A DNA stretch of 33,363 bases from Candidatus Thorarchaeota archaeon (GTDB lineage: Archaea > Asgardarchaeota > Thorarchaeia > Thorarchaeales > Thorarchaeaceae), in the NCBI GenBank assembly GCA_048882045.1, contig JBHLRZ010000005.1, positions 119,273-152,635 on the forward strand, written 5' to 3'. Each line of letters opens with the position of its first letter. Position 1 is the first letter of the stretch. Both the position numbers and the translations under genes were made by a program. Under the pieces are notes generated by a model, which saw nothing but the letters and a program-made list of their open reading frames with translations, did not search any database and was not told where the DNA came from. Below are positions 16,653 through 26,226 of the stretch, one piece after another.

Positions 16653-18965
16653 ATGAAGCACGTCTCGATGAAAATGGTACTAGGTATCGTGATTGCGACA
16701 ATATTTCTTGTTGGAGCAATTGCTGCCCCAGTATCAGCAGTTCAGACAAATATCATAATTGAAGAATATAATCAAGCTTGGAGATCAGGTGCAAACAATC
16801 ACACATACATCTATGTTGAACCTGATCCCTTGAGCTTCATTTCTCACAGCTATATGCATGCAAATGAGGACTTGGACTATACTCAATATAGATACAACAG
16901 TGGCGGCTGGACATCCCCAGGTGGTAGTGTGTCAGAAGGAACCAATGCTCCTTTTGACTGGAGTGTGTTCAACAGTCACCCGAATGGTCCTTTTGCTAAT
17001 GATGCTAGGCTTCCAAAGTTCTATGACTTTGAAGCAGCTGATGGATCTGAGTTTGTTGTGAATACAACTCTAGAAACTCGAACATACTCTCTTGCTTTCG
17101 GTCAGCATACTTCAGTGATTGCAGATGCAGGTTCTCTGTATGTTGGCACATTAGGTATTAGTGGACAGGAATTCGTTCACCTAACGATCGATTCCAAACA
17201 GGATGCTGTTTCTTGGACTGTATATGTCTATGATCCAGAAGGTAGACCCTTGGGTTCCTATATTGGATTTGAAGGTGACATCTGGACAATTCCATTCAAA
17301 CCCTCCATAGCTGGAACATACTACGTGTTACTAACAGCTTCGCCATCATCAGGAACTTTTGCATTGTTTGACTTTCTACCTGTCGCTGTATCTGCAACAC
17401 CGATTGCTCTTGGTGACGTAGTTACAGGAGAACTGAAGACCGGAGAAATAGTAATAGATCCTGAAACTGGTAGCTTCGTTCAAGAGGAAAAGGCTCCTGC
17501 CGCATTTACCTATAGGGTCGATTCTCCTACAGATGTTGCCTCAGTGACCTATGCATTCAACTACGGTGGACTCTTTGACACTCAACCTGAGTACATAATG
17601 TTCACCAGTGGTGCCTTTGTCTATGGTACAGATGGCGGCTCTCGTTATGGCTATAGTGTTGGTTCTCCATCAACTGGAGAATACTTCTATCGAGGAGGGC
17701 CATACTATGTTACAGTCATAGGGGGCGACAACACAGAGTATACTTTGTACAACCGTGTCAACAGCTATGGTGATCTCCCTGTGAACCATGAGTTCCAGTT
17801 TGAGAACTACATGGGTGCAACAACTTCACACGCCTACAGACTTGACATTGATGAACCATCAATACTGAGAATGAACTCTACCGCTGCAGGTGGAGACCTT
17901 ACTGTATACCTAGTTGGTGTCTATGATGACGGTTTCCGCGTTTCCAGAACCATATCTTTTGGTGCAAACATGCAATCATCCAGCGACTACTACTTGCCAG
18001 TGGGTGAGTATCTTGTTGAGATGGTTATCGACGCTGGTGTAAACGAATGGGCTGAATTCAACATAGGTCCAATTGTTTCTGAAACACGAACTAACATCGT
18101 AGATGTGGGTGGTTTCTTCTTTGACGCTGAAACATTCCACATGTACAATCTTACTCTCTTCCTAAACAATGAGGACAACGTGACAGTGGATTTGGAGGTT
18201 ACCCTCTATGATGCTGTAGGGTGGGAGCTATACAGTGTTGGAATGACTCTGGCAAACAGATGGGATGGATCTCAGATAGTTCCTCATCCAAGTATATGGG
18301 ATAATGACACCCTAAGTTATGCATATCAAGCATGGTATGAAGGACAGGCATTCTTGTCAATCTGTGCGTACTCTGTCGATAACAATACACAAGGTGCTAC
18401 AAACGGTTACACGGACTATTCTGTTGATCTCACTCTACAGTGGATGAACATGGACGACCAGTATTACGCAGGTATCGAGAGTCTTGACGTTTCAGCCGGA
18501 TCAGCAAGCACAAACATTACACTCCTAACACCTGCTACTCCAAGCGAGTGGTGGGGAGTGAGGTTAAACGCGACTCCTGGTGTTTGGTACAATGTATCAG
18601 TGATGACTGGCGGTTTGAATGATATAGGCAACGGTATCTTCAGTCTCTACGCTGGTTCGGGTCATTGGACCGGATCTGGTGATCTCGCTGACACCACTGT
18701 TGGCTCAGTTTCTCAATATGAATTCCAGTTCGGAGCTATTTCAGACACAATTCAAATAGACTTCTACGCTCAACGAAACCCAGTTGATGGATTCATCTGG
18801 ATTGAGATAACTCCGATGGAGACAAATCAACTCGAGATTCAACCAATAACACCACTTGGACCTGACATCCTCTCTATTCTAGGAAGTGTGGCTATTCCAG
18901 CAATTATTGGTGTAGGAGTGATAGTTGTAGTCTATATAGTGTATGTCAAGAGATTCAAGAAATAG
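16653..18965 (+). CDS. Large secreted beta-rich surface glycoprotein with PPC-like domains and a C-terminal TM anchor
   Basis: GAGGTGA RBS; signal peptide; VYVYDPEG...P.IAGTYYVLL PPC-like motif; TM + KRFKK. Confidence 0.72.
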   Translation: MKHVSMKMVLGIVIATIFLVGAIAAPVSAVQTNIIIEEYNQAWRSGANNHTYIYVEPDPLSFISHSYMHANEDLDYTQYRYNSGGWTSPGGSVSEGTNAPFDWSVFNSHPNGPFANDARLPKFYDFEAADGSEFVVNTTLETRTYSLAFGQHTSVIADAGSLYVGTLGISGQEFVHLTIDSKQDAVSWTVYVYDPEGRPLGSYIGFEGDIWTIPFKPSIAGTYYVLLTASPSSGTFALFDFLPVAVSATPIALGDVVTGELKTGEIVIDPETGSFVQEEKAPAAFTYRVDSPTDVASVTYAFNYGGLFDTQPEYIMFTSGAFVYGTDGGSRYGYSVGSPSTGEYFYRGGPYYVTVIGGDNTEYTLYNRVNSYGDLPVNHEFQFENYMGATTSHAYRLDIDEPSILRMNSTAAGGDLTVYLVGVYDDGFRVSRTISFGANMQSSSDYYLPVGEYLVEMVIDAGVNEWAEFNIGPIVSETRTNIVDVGGFFFDAETFHMYNLTLFLNNEDNVTVDLEVTLYDAVGWELYSVGMTLANRWDGSQIVPHPSIWDNDTLSYAYQAWYEGQAFLSICAYSVDNNTQGATNGYTDYSVDLTLQWMNMDDQYYAGIESLDVSAGSASTNITLLTPATPSEWWGVRLNATPGVWYNVSVMTGGLNDIGNGIFSLYAGSGHWTGSGDLADTTVGSVSQYEFQFGAISDTIQIDFYAQRNPVDGFIWIEITPMETNQLEIQPITPLGPDILSILGSVAIPAIIGVGVIVVVYIVYVKRFKK

Positions 18966-18973
18966 AACCAATT

Positions 18974-19017
18974 ACATCGGTCTTGACATGTTCGAGACCG
19001 ATGTCCCACTCTTTTTA
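18974..19017 (+). terminator. Stem-loop plus T-tract, probable terminator
   Basis: ACATCGGTCTTGA-catgt-TCGAGACCGATGT (13-bp stem, one G-U pair) followed by CTCTTTTT, just after the stop. Confidence 0.65.
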
Positions 19018-19064
19018 CCCATTGATTCATATCCGTTCAATCTGATTAGAACAAGGGAGATTCG

Positions 19065-19823
19065 ATGTCTGAAGACGACCAAGTTCCTTGGTACGCGAAT
19101 GATAAGATGTGGGAACTCATGGAGCCTGTGATGTTCACAGAAGCTCGTATTGCTTACACACCTGACGAGGTTGACGCCATCAAATCATTGTGCAAGATAC
19201 AACCTGATGAAGCAGTTCTCGATCTCTGCTGCGGTATAGGCCGTCATAGTCTAGAGTTTGCACGACGTGGTCACAGGGTCGTTGGTGTGGATAGGACCAA
19301 GCTCTATTTGGAGAAAGCAAGAAGAAAAGCCGCGGAGGAGCATTTGAAAATCGAATTTGTAGAGGATGATATGCGGACATTTTATCGAAGGTCATCATTT
19401 GATATCGCGCTGAGTATGTTCACTTCGTTCTCATACTTTGAAGATCACGAGGAACAGATGCTTGTCTTGAGAAATATCTATTCTTCACTCAGAGCAGGTG
19501 GCCGACTTTTAATGGAATCTGCCGGGAAAGAGATACTGGCTCGGATATTTTTGAGACACAGTTGGTCAGAATGGCCTCACGGATTTATGCTGGAAGAAAG
19601 GGAACCTATCAACGACTGGAGTAAAATGCAGAATACTTGGATCTTCATTGAACGAAATGGGACAACACACAGGTACAATGTCACACATTGGATCTATTCA
19701 GGAGTCGAAATAAGGGAGATGCTGGAGAGTGTTGGATTCACTGATGTCAAGGTGTATGGTGGCCTTGATGGACGTCCATATGATAACGAAGCAGAGCGAC
19801 TAGTAGTAGTTGCCACCAAGTGA
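19065..19823 (+). CDS. Class I SAM-dependent methyltransferase
   Basis: VLDLCCGIGRH motif I, VVGVD, DDMR, FD...SMFTSFSYF, L..GGRLL. Confidence 0.93.
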   Translation: MSEDDQVPWYANDKMWELMEPVMFTEARIAYTPDEVDAIKSLCKIQPDEAVLDLCCGIGRHSLEFARRGHRVVGVDRTKLYLEKARRKAAEEHLKIEFVEDDMRTFYRRSSFDIALSMFTSFSYFEDHEEQMLVLRNIYSSLRAGGRLLMESAGKEILARIFLRHSWSEWPHGFMLEEREPINDWSKMQNTWIFIERNGTTHRYNVTHWIYSGVEIREMLESVGFTDVKVYGGLDGRPYDNEAERLVVVATK

Positions 19824-19877
19824 CCTTAGGAAACGCTTTTCATTGGAATTTCCTTCTGTCTATGAGAGTGACAAAAG

Positions 19878-21623
19878 ATGTTTCTTACACGTTCAGATGA
19901 CTATCCACTTGAACAGATGATTGATGTCGCCTCTGGTAGAACTCGTGCAGATCTTGTTTTGAAGAATGCCAACGTTGTGAACGTGTTTACAGGAGATGTT
20001 TCGAAGAGCGACATTGCTATTCACCGAGAGTACATCGCAGGCATAGGCAACTACGTTGGGAATGAAACTATCGACCTCAAGGGAAAGTATGTTACTCCTT
20101 CGTTTATTGATGGACATGTTCACGTGGAATCATCAATGGTCATGCCAATCCAGTATGCACGCGCTGTAGTACCGCATGGAACAGGAGCAGTTGTGGCTGA
20201 TCCACACGAGATTGCCAACGTTCTAGGGACTGAAGGTATCCTTTACATGTCAAAGAGCATGAGGGGAGGACCCCTCGAGTTCTACATGATGTTACCCTCA
20301 TGTGTCCCTTCCACGGACCTCGAAACCAATGGCGTAGCACTCGATTTCTTAGACATAAAACCCCTCATGACTGAACACTACGTTCTTGGTCTAGCTGAGG
20401 CAATGAACTATCCCGGTGTTATCTACCGCGACCCCGACATTCTCGAGAAAATTCGTGTCGCTCTCAGAATGGGGAAGATGATTGATGGTCATGCACCTGA
20501 CTTGAAGGGTCAAGATCTCAATGCATACACAGCAGCGAGAATCTCTTCTGACCATGAGTGCAGAACCATTGAGGAAGCTAGAGCGAAACTTGCTGCTGGA
20601 ATGCATATACATATTCGCGAGGGTTCCACTGCTAAGAACCTGAAGGACTTGGCTCCCCTCATAGAACCTCATACAGCCATGTTCTGTAGCTTCGTGACTG
20701 ATGATCGAAACACACTCGATCTTCTCGAACGAGGTCATATCGACAGTATGATTCGTGACTCAATCGAGTCAGGTGTAGATCCAGTCCTGGCTATAAGGGT
20801 CGCAACACTCTCAACAGCTCGACACTACGGTCTCCAATATACTGGAGCTGTGGCTCCTGGGTATCATGCTGACATTGTCGTTCTTGACAATCTTGAGAAG
20901 GTCAATGTCAAGATGGTGTACAAACAAGGAACTCTAGTAGCTAAGGATGGCAAAATGGTCAAAGACTTTGGTGTCGATGAACAACCAAGACTAAGACGCT
21001 CGGTCAACATTCACTACTTGGAACCGCACGACTTCGAGGTTAAGGCTCGAGGAGATCAGATGAATGTCATCGGAATGATTCCGCATCAACTGATCACTGA
21101 GAGACTCATAGAAGATACAAAGATCGAAGATGGCCTTGCAGTGCCTGATATTGACCGCGATATAGCAAAGGTCGCTATCATAGAGCGACACAATGCAAGT
21201 GAACCACGTGCAATTGGATTTGTGAAGGGAATGGGTATCAAGGATGGTGCAATGGTTTCATCCATTGCTCATGATAGTCATAACATAGTTGCAGTCGCAA
21301 CCAATGACAAAGACCTAATTCAGGGTGCAATCCAGATTGTGAGAATGCAGGGAGGAATTGCAATCGCAAGGAATGGGGAGATTGTCGATGCTTTACCACT
21401 TCCAATCGCTGGTCTGATGTCCGATCAGTCTATCGAACACGTGAGTGAGAAATTGAAGGACCTCAAGAAGGCTGCAAAACAACTTGGAACACCACTTGAT
21501 GAACCATTCATGGCAATGGCCTTTCTATCACTACCAGTGATTCCAAAGCTAAAGATTACAGACCTTGGCCTTGTAGATGTTGAAAGGTTCCGACACATAG
21601 ATCTGTTCGACGTCACTAGCTAA
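19878..21623 (+). CDS. ade: Adenine deaminase
   Basis: FIDGHVHVESSM, DPHEIANVLG, PSCVP, IDGHAP, SDHE, IREGS, VTDD, AHDSHNI, FLSLPVIPKLKITD. Confidence 0.96.
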   Translation: MFLTRSDDYPLEQMIDVASGRTRADLVLKNANVVNVFTGDVSKSDIAIHREYIAGIGNYVGNETIDLKGKYVTPSFIDGHVHVESSMVMPIQYARAVVPHGTGAVVADPHEIANVLGTEGILYMSKSMRGGPLEFYMMLPSCVPSTDLETNGVALDFLDIKPLMTEHYVLGLAEAMNYPGVIYRDPDILEKIRVALRMGKMIDGHAPDLKGQDLNAYTAARISSDHECRTIEEARAKLAAGMHIHIREGSTAKNLKDLAPLIEPHTAMFCSFVTDDRNTLDLLERGHIDSMIRDSIESGVDPVLAIRVATLSTARHYGLQYTGAVAPGYHADIVVLDNLEKVNVKMVYKQGTLVAKDGKMVKDFGVDEQPRLRRSVNIHYLEPHDFEVKARGDQMNVIGMIPHQLITERLIEDTKIEDGLAVPDIDRDIAKVAIIERHNASEPRAIGFVKGMGIKDGAMVSSIAHDSHNIVAVATNDKDLIQGAIQIVRMQGGIAIARNGEIVDALPLPIAGLMSDQSIEHVSEKLKDLKKAAKQLGTPLDEPFMAMAFLSLPVIPKLKITDLGLVDVERFRHIDLFDVTS

Positions 21624-21644
21624 TGTCAGTTCTTCGAATTAGGA

Positions 21645-22487
21645 TCAAACAGTGAGATTTAGTTTCTCCCTTGCCCCCTTGAACTGCTTCCTCTTCTTGT
21701 TTCCAACATATATCGCCATCAGTGAACCGATGAATACCAAGATCGTTCCGAACAGAAATGCACCCAGAAGCATCGGAAGGAACACAGGGTTTGGAAGACT
21801 CCGAAGCCCAAACAGTAGACCTCGAAAGAGTAGGTGGGCTACCTCGACGATAAGAATCACCAACAGAGTCAGTCCTGCTCCAAGCTGTCGTTCATGAATG
21901 TAGACTTGAAGAGCTGATTGTAGCAAAATAGCTGCTAATAGATTTCCCAAGATACTCAACAGCAAGAGATTGAGAGGTACTGTAACCCATGATGGTAGAT
22001 CCAAGTAGGTGATGACAGGAACACTCCATGGTGTCAAGTACTGGAAGTAGAGCATCCCAAGGAAGAAGATGAGTTCGAAGACCATCATCACAATAGCTCC
22101 GAAACCAGTTATTCGAAGAATCATATTGTCAATCCTGTCAGCCCAATCCATGTCCACGAGTTTCAGATACTCTTCGTTGAGGGGTTTAGCCCAAGCACTC
22201 TCAGCGATACATGACTCCTTCTCACAGTTAACGACTGTCAGGAGTTTCCCTCCATATTCTCCGACCCTCTTCTGCTCGCAATCCTCACAAACAAGATCTC
22301 CACAGACATGGCAGACATCCTTGGCTAAGGTTCCTGGATGATTTACACAGTCTCTACTCTGGCTTGAACCAAGAATAGGTGCTGCACAATACTCACAGCG
22401 GTTTATCTTGTCTTTATTGAAGACAGACACAGGTCCTCCACACACTGGACAGAGAACTTTTTCCTGAAGTCTGGTTTTCATCGCCAT
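21645..22487 (-). CDS. Zn-ribbon + B-box-like zinc-finger protein with about 4 C-terminal TM helices
   Basis: CPVC..CEYC, then CVNH..CHVC...CEDC..C....C; GGAGGTGA RBS favours ATG 22487. Confidence 0.75.
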   Translation of the reverse strand: MAMKTRLQEKVLCPVCGGPVSVFNKDKINRCEYCAAPILGSSQSRDCVNHPGTLAKDVCHVCGDLVCEDCEQKRVGEYGGKLLTVVNCEKESCIAESAWAKPLNEEYLKLVDMDWADRIDNMILRITGFGAIVMMVFELIFFLGMLYFQYLTPWSVPVITYLDLPSWVTVPLNLLLLSILGNLLAAILLQSALQVYIHERQLGAGLTLLVILIVEVAHLLFRGLLFGLRSLPNPVFLPMLLGAFLFGTILVFIGSLMAIYVGNKKRKQFKGAREKLNLTV

Positions 22488-22492
22488 CCCCT

Positions 22493-23983
22493 TCACCTCC
22501 AGAATGATTCCGCACGTCGGCGATCTCTTTCGCGCCGTGTTCGTTCATGGTCCTGTCTGAATCTCTGTTGATATCTTCGTTCCCATTCTCTTTTCATCTG
22601 TTCTGATCTCTGTTTATCATCCCATGAACGAACTGATGGTCGGAGCTTGGATTCAGTAGCCTTCATCTTCTTGCGTGTTGCCAAGCTCTTGACACGTGCA
22701 TTGTCAACAGACACGAAATCTGTTCGACTGATGATTTTCGCAGCTTCTATGGTTACAGCAATTAGACCTGCATAGAACAGGATGGGGATGATGATTATTG
22801 CACCCAGTAACATGAGTACTCCCGCTAGTATTGGGATTGCTATGATTATGATTATGATAAGAAGGATAGCTCCTGCACAACTGTCTCCTCCTCCACTTCC
22901 TCCGCCTCCTCCAGATTTGCCTATGCTGGCAAGCAGCTCAAGAGGTATCCTCCAGAGGTGTTTCATAGCATTCCCATAAACCCCGAGAAAACTACGATAC
23001 ATACTCCCAACTCTGGAGAATCTTCCGCCTGCGGATGTGAACAGATTATCAATCGGAATGACCAGTGAAGCTGTGGTCACAGCTGGACGATATCTCCCCT
23101 CGAAACACTTCCGACAGAGGTAAACTGCTGAACCTTCCCATTTCTCATCTACAGGTGGTTCCTGGACCGTTAGACATTGCCTGCAGAAATGGTTTCCACA
23201 AACATTGCAAGTCGTAGCGGCAAGATACTCTTCGTGGTTTGTACATGGGACAAACACACTACTGACTCCAAGAACAACACCACAATAGTCGCATGCAACA
23301 GTATTGTCACCCTTGGTCTTTGCCAGAGGTGTTGCACCTCCGCAGTTTGAGCAAAGGATAGCCATTCCTTCCTCAGTGACCATTTTGCGAACATCAAGTA
23401 TTTTCTTTTCTTCACTTAATGAGAGTGGCGTTTCTCCGTCCGATGAAAGCAGAGCTGGTTCCAGGGGACTGGGCATTACTCCAGCTTCAATCAATCCAGC
23501 TGGAGTCATTTCTTTCACGACTGTGACGCCCTTTGGAGGTAATACTTTGTTAGCTCGTATGATGAGATAGAGTATGATCAACGACTGAGAAGCAATGATA
23601 AAAGCCGCAACATTTCCAATCGCAATCTCAAAATTGGGAACTCCAAACAGTGGGAAATTCCATGAATAGGAGAGTCCCTGGACATAGATTAGAAGCGCTG
23701 ACAGTATTACTGCAATGAAACTATACAGCACCTGAGACAGTACGGCCCATCTTCGGAAATCATCAACATAATACCCGATGACTAGACATGGAAAAGCAAC
23801 ACCACCAAAAATCAGGAGAGTGTAGACATATCCCATTGATCCCAATGTCCCTTCAACTGTAGCAATGAGAAGACCAATAGTTGCAATTAAACCAAAGATT
23901 CCAAATGTCATCTGTGTGACGCTGATTAGACGTAATCCTACAGGTCTGTCGAAGACGACGTAGGTCTTTTCCTCCTCGGACAA
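22493..23983 (-). CDS. Membrane protein with a central Zn-ribbon + B-box-like finger, a Gly-rich/hydrophobic hairpin and a charged tail
   Basis: N-terminal TMs; CSNC..CDYC, CTNH..CNVC...CRQC..CRKC; GGGGGSGGGDSC followed by a long aliphatic stretch. Confidence 0.75.
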   Translation of the reverse strand: MSEEEKTYVVFDRPVGLRLISVTQMTFGIFGLIATIGLLIATVEGTLGSMGYVYTLLIFGGVAFPCLVIGYYVDDFRRWAVLSQVLYSFIAVILSALLIYVQGLSYSWNFPLFGVPNFEIAIGNVAAFIIASQSLIILYLIIRANKVLPPKGVTVVKEMTPAGLIEAGVMPSPLEPALLSSDGETPLSLSEEKKILDVRKMVTEEGMAILCSNCGGATPLAKTKGDNTVACDYCGVVLGVSSVFVPCTNHEEYLAATTCNVCGNHFCRQCLTVQEPPVDEKWEGSAVYLCRKCFEGRYRPAVTTASLVIPIDNLFTSAGGRFSRVGSMYRSFLGVYGNAMKHLWRIPLELLASIGKSGGGGGSGGGDSCAGAILLIIIIIIAIPILAGVLMLLGAIIIIPILFYAGLIAVTIEAAKIISRTDFVSVDNARVKSLATRKKMKATESKLRPSVRSWDDKQRSEQMKREWERRYQQRFRQDHERTRRERDRRRAESFWR

Positions 23984-24129
23984 AATATCAATCCCCTTAC
24001 GCGTGCCTGCTAACCCAATCGGTTTACAAAGTTCCTTCGTTCTGAGGACTTAAAACCTCTGTGCCTTCAACGAGATTCCCAAACGAACAACTCTCATAAG
24101 GAGGTTCATCACACAACTTTGTGATTACA

Positions 24130-24312
24130 ATGACCGAGATTCCAATGCCCGGTGATTATGGAGCTCCTGAGAGACAACAACCTCCTCCACAGAAAGGTTG
24201 TTGTACGAGAATCTGTGAGTGTTGGTTGTATCTGCTCTGTGCAGGTATTCTAATCGTCATATTCTTCTTGATCTTATTCGGTTTCATACCGTTGCTCTGG
24301 ATATTTGGATGA
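24130..24312 (+). CDS. Small Pro/Gln-rich, Cys-rich tail-anchored membrane protein (CYSTM-like)
   Basis: MTEIPMPGDYGAPERQQPPPQKGCCTRICECWLYLLCAG + hydrophobic C-terminus; fills an intergenic gap and has a non-random composition. Confidence 0.7.
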   Translation: MTEIPMPGDYGAPERQQPPPQKGCCTRICECWLYLLCAGILIVIFFLILFGFIPLLWIFG

Positions 24313-24391
24313 AAATATTATACAATCCGGCTAGTTTATATCCCATCAGAGAGAGTTAGGACCAGTTATTCAAGTTCGTGGAGTAACACCA

Positions 24392-25051
24392 TTGGCGAAT
24401 ACTGAGGACGAAAGCAGTCGATACCCCTCCCTTGAAGGAGGGCGCATTAGCAGAATCATGAGGGCACTTGAACTAACCAAAGGTGTAGAAATCGCACGAA
24501 GATACCTGGCGATGAATGCGTTCGACGGAGCTCTTACTATGCTGGGACTCATTCTTGGTGGACTGATAACGATCAATCCTCTCGACCCAAATGATGGTTT
24601 CAATGCTATTCTACTTGCTGCAGCAGGAACAAGCATAGCCATGGCGATTTCAGGATTCAGCGGTTCATACCTAGCCGAGAGTGCTGAGAGAGACCGCGAA
24701 GTGGAGGAAATCGGTAAAGCCATGCTAAGTGACATGAGTGAATCAATGTATGCCAAGGCGACAAAGACGACTTCCTTGGTTGTGGCTCTAGTGGATGGAT
24801 CGTCACCAGCAATGGCTGCTTTCATCATCATAATACCGCTCTTCTTTGTTCCTGGAGGATTTCTGGATTACATATCTGCATTCTACTTGGCAATTGCTAT
24901 CTGCATGGTTCTTCTATTCGCACTGGGGCTTTTCCTCGGCGCAGTCTCGAAGAAGAACATGTGGTCGTATGGAGCCAGGACACTCTTCGCTGGGATTATG
25001 ACCGCTATCCTCATGTTCATCATATCCTGGCTTACTGGTGCGAGTGGATAG
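24392..25051 (+). CDS. VIT1/CCC1 family membrane protein (archaeal short type)
   Basis: RRYL.MNAFDGALTMLG, AMAISGFSGSYLAESAE, IEKAML-like IGKAML, LFALGLFLG. Confidence 0.88.
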   Translation: MANTEDESSRYPSLEGGRISRIMRALELTKGVEIARRYLAMNAFDGALTMLGLILGGLITINPLDPNDGFNAILLAAAGTSIAMAISGFSGSYLAESAERDREVEEIGKAMLSDMSESMYAKATKTTSLVVALVDGSSPAMAAFIIIIPLFFVPGGFLDYISAFYLAIAICMVLLFALGLFLGAVSKKNMWSYGARTLFAGIMTAILMFIISWLTGASG

Positions 25052-25054
25052 ACA

Positions 25055-26032
25055 ATGTTCGAAGACCTGCCGAGGGAACATCTCGCCTTCCTCCCAACAC
25101 CCCTTCATGAGATGAGGAATCTCGGAGAGTCTCTGGGATTGAATAGTCTCTGGATAAAGAGAGATGACCAGACTGGTGCTGCTTTTGGTGGTAATAAGAC
25201 CCGCAAACTGGAGTATGTTGTTGGGGATGCAAAAGCAAACAAGGCTGACACACTAGTCACAGTAGGCGGAGTGCAGAGTAATCACTGCAGACAGACAGCA
25301 GCTGTCGCTGCCGCAATGGGTCTTCGTTGCATCCTCCTCCTTGGTGGTGAGGAGCCTGACACCTACACCGGGAATGTGCTGCTGAACAGATTCATGGGCG
25401 CTGAGATGAAGTTCTTTCCTGATGAATCCTACATGACACTCAACACACGAATGGACGAGATCATAAACACGCTGACTGAGTTTGGGCTCACTCCATATGC
25501 CATTCCTGCAGGAGCCGCCATGCCTGTCGGAGTCATCCCTTATGCTAAAGCGATGGAGGAATTGAAGGACCAGTTCATGGTACACGATACATTCCCTGAG
25601 AAACTACTCGTCGCAGTAGGAACTGGCGGAACTCACGCGGGTATGATCATCGGAGCAAACATGCTTGATCTTGATGTGGACATCATTGGCATCACGGTTT
25701 CAGAATCAGCTGAGGAGATGCAGACCAAGGTCAAGAATCTCATAGAACGGACTGTAGAAACCTACCCTGAGATAGGCTCATTCAAACCCAAGATACACAT
25801 TGATGACAGCTTCATTGGAAAGGGCTATGGGATCCTCGAGGATGGTGTCGTGAGTGCCATCGAGATGTTCGCGAAGATGGAGGGCATCATCCTGGATCCC
25901 GTCTACACTGGGAAAGCGGGACTAGCACTCATTCGAATGGCTCTTGCTGGCGACATTAATACTGATACTCCGACACTGTTCTACCACACTGGTGGACAAC
26001 CTGCACTCTTCACCTATGAAGAACTGGGTTAG
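25055..26032 (+). CDS. PLP-dependent D-cysteine desulfhydrase-like enzyme (ACC deaminase/DcyD family)
   Basis: IKRDD, GGNKTRKLEY (PLP Lys), QSNHCRQTAA, GTGGT; LDPVYTGKA and HTGG match the desulfhydrase-type, not ACC deaminase (YEGK/HLGG). Confidence 0.9.
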   Translation: MFEDLPREHLAFLPTPLHEMRNLGESLGLNSLWIKRDDQTGAAFGGNKTRKLEYVVGDAKANKADTLVTVGGVQSNHCRQTAAVAAAMGLRCILLLGGEEPDTYTGNVLLNRFMGAEMKFFPDESYMTLNTRMDEIINTLTEFGLTPYAIPAGAAMPVGVIPYAKAMEELKDQFMVHDTFPEKLLVAVGTGGTHAGMIIGANMLDLDVDIIGITVSESAEEMQTKVKNLIERTVETYPEIGSFKPKIHIDDSFIGKGYGILEDGVVSAIEMFAKMEGIILDPVYTGKAGLALIRMALAGDINTDTPTLFYHTGGQPALFTYEELG

Positions 26033-26226
26033 GTGGCTCTGTGTTGGAACAAGCTTCTTTGATGATAATGTCGTAAATCTTAAGACAAATCTGTGTGCAA
26101 TGAATGTAAATCGAATATCCAACAAAGGTTATCTCGATATCCCAAAACCTTGATTGATCCTTAAACGTCTTTCCAACCGACACTTCCTTGTTCTGCCATT
26201 TTCAATGATATCTAGGAGGAGAGATT

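Noticed and set aside
24370-24831. 153-aa minus-strand ORF and the other short overlapping ORFs in the track
   Set aside because: They lie antisense or out of frame within well-supported genes and show no motifs.
25055-26032. ACC deaminase (acdS) call
   Set aside because: It has YTGK and HTGG rather than the YEGK and HLGG residues diagnostic of true ACC deaminases.
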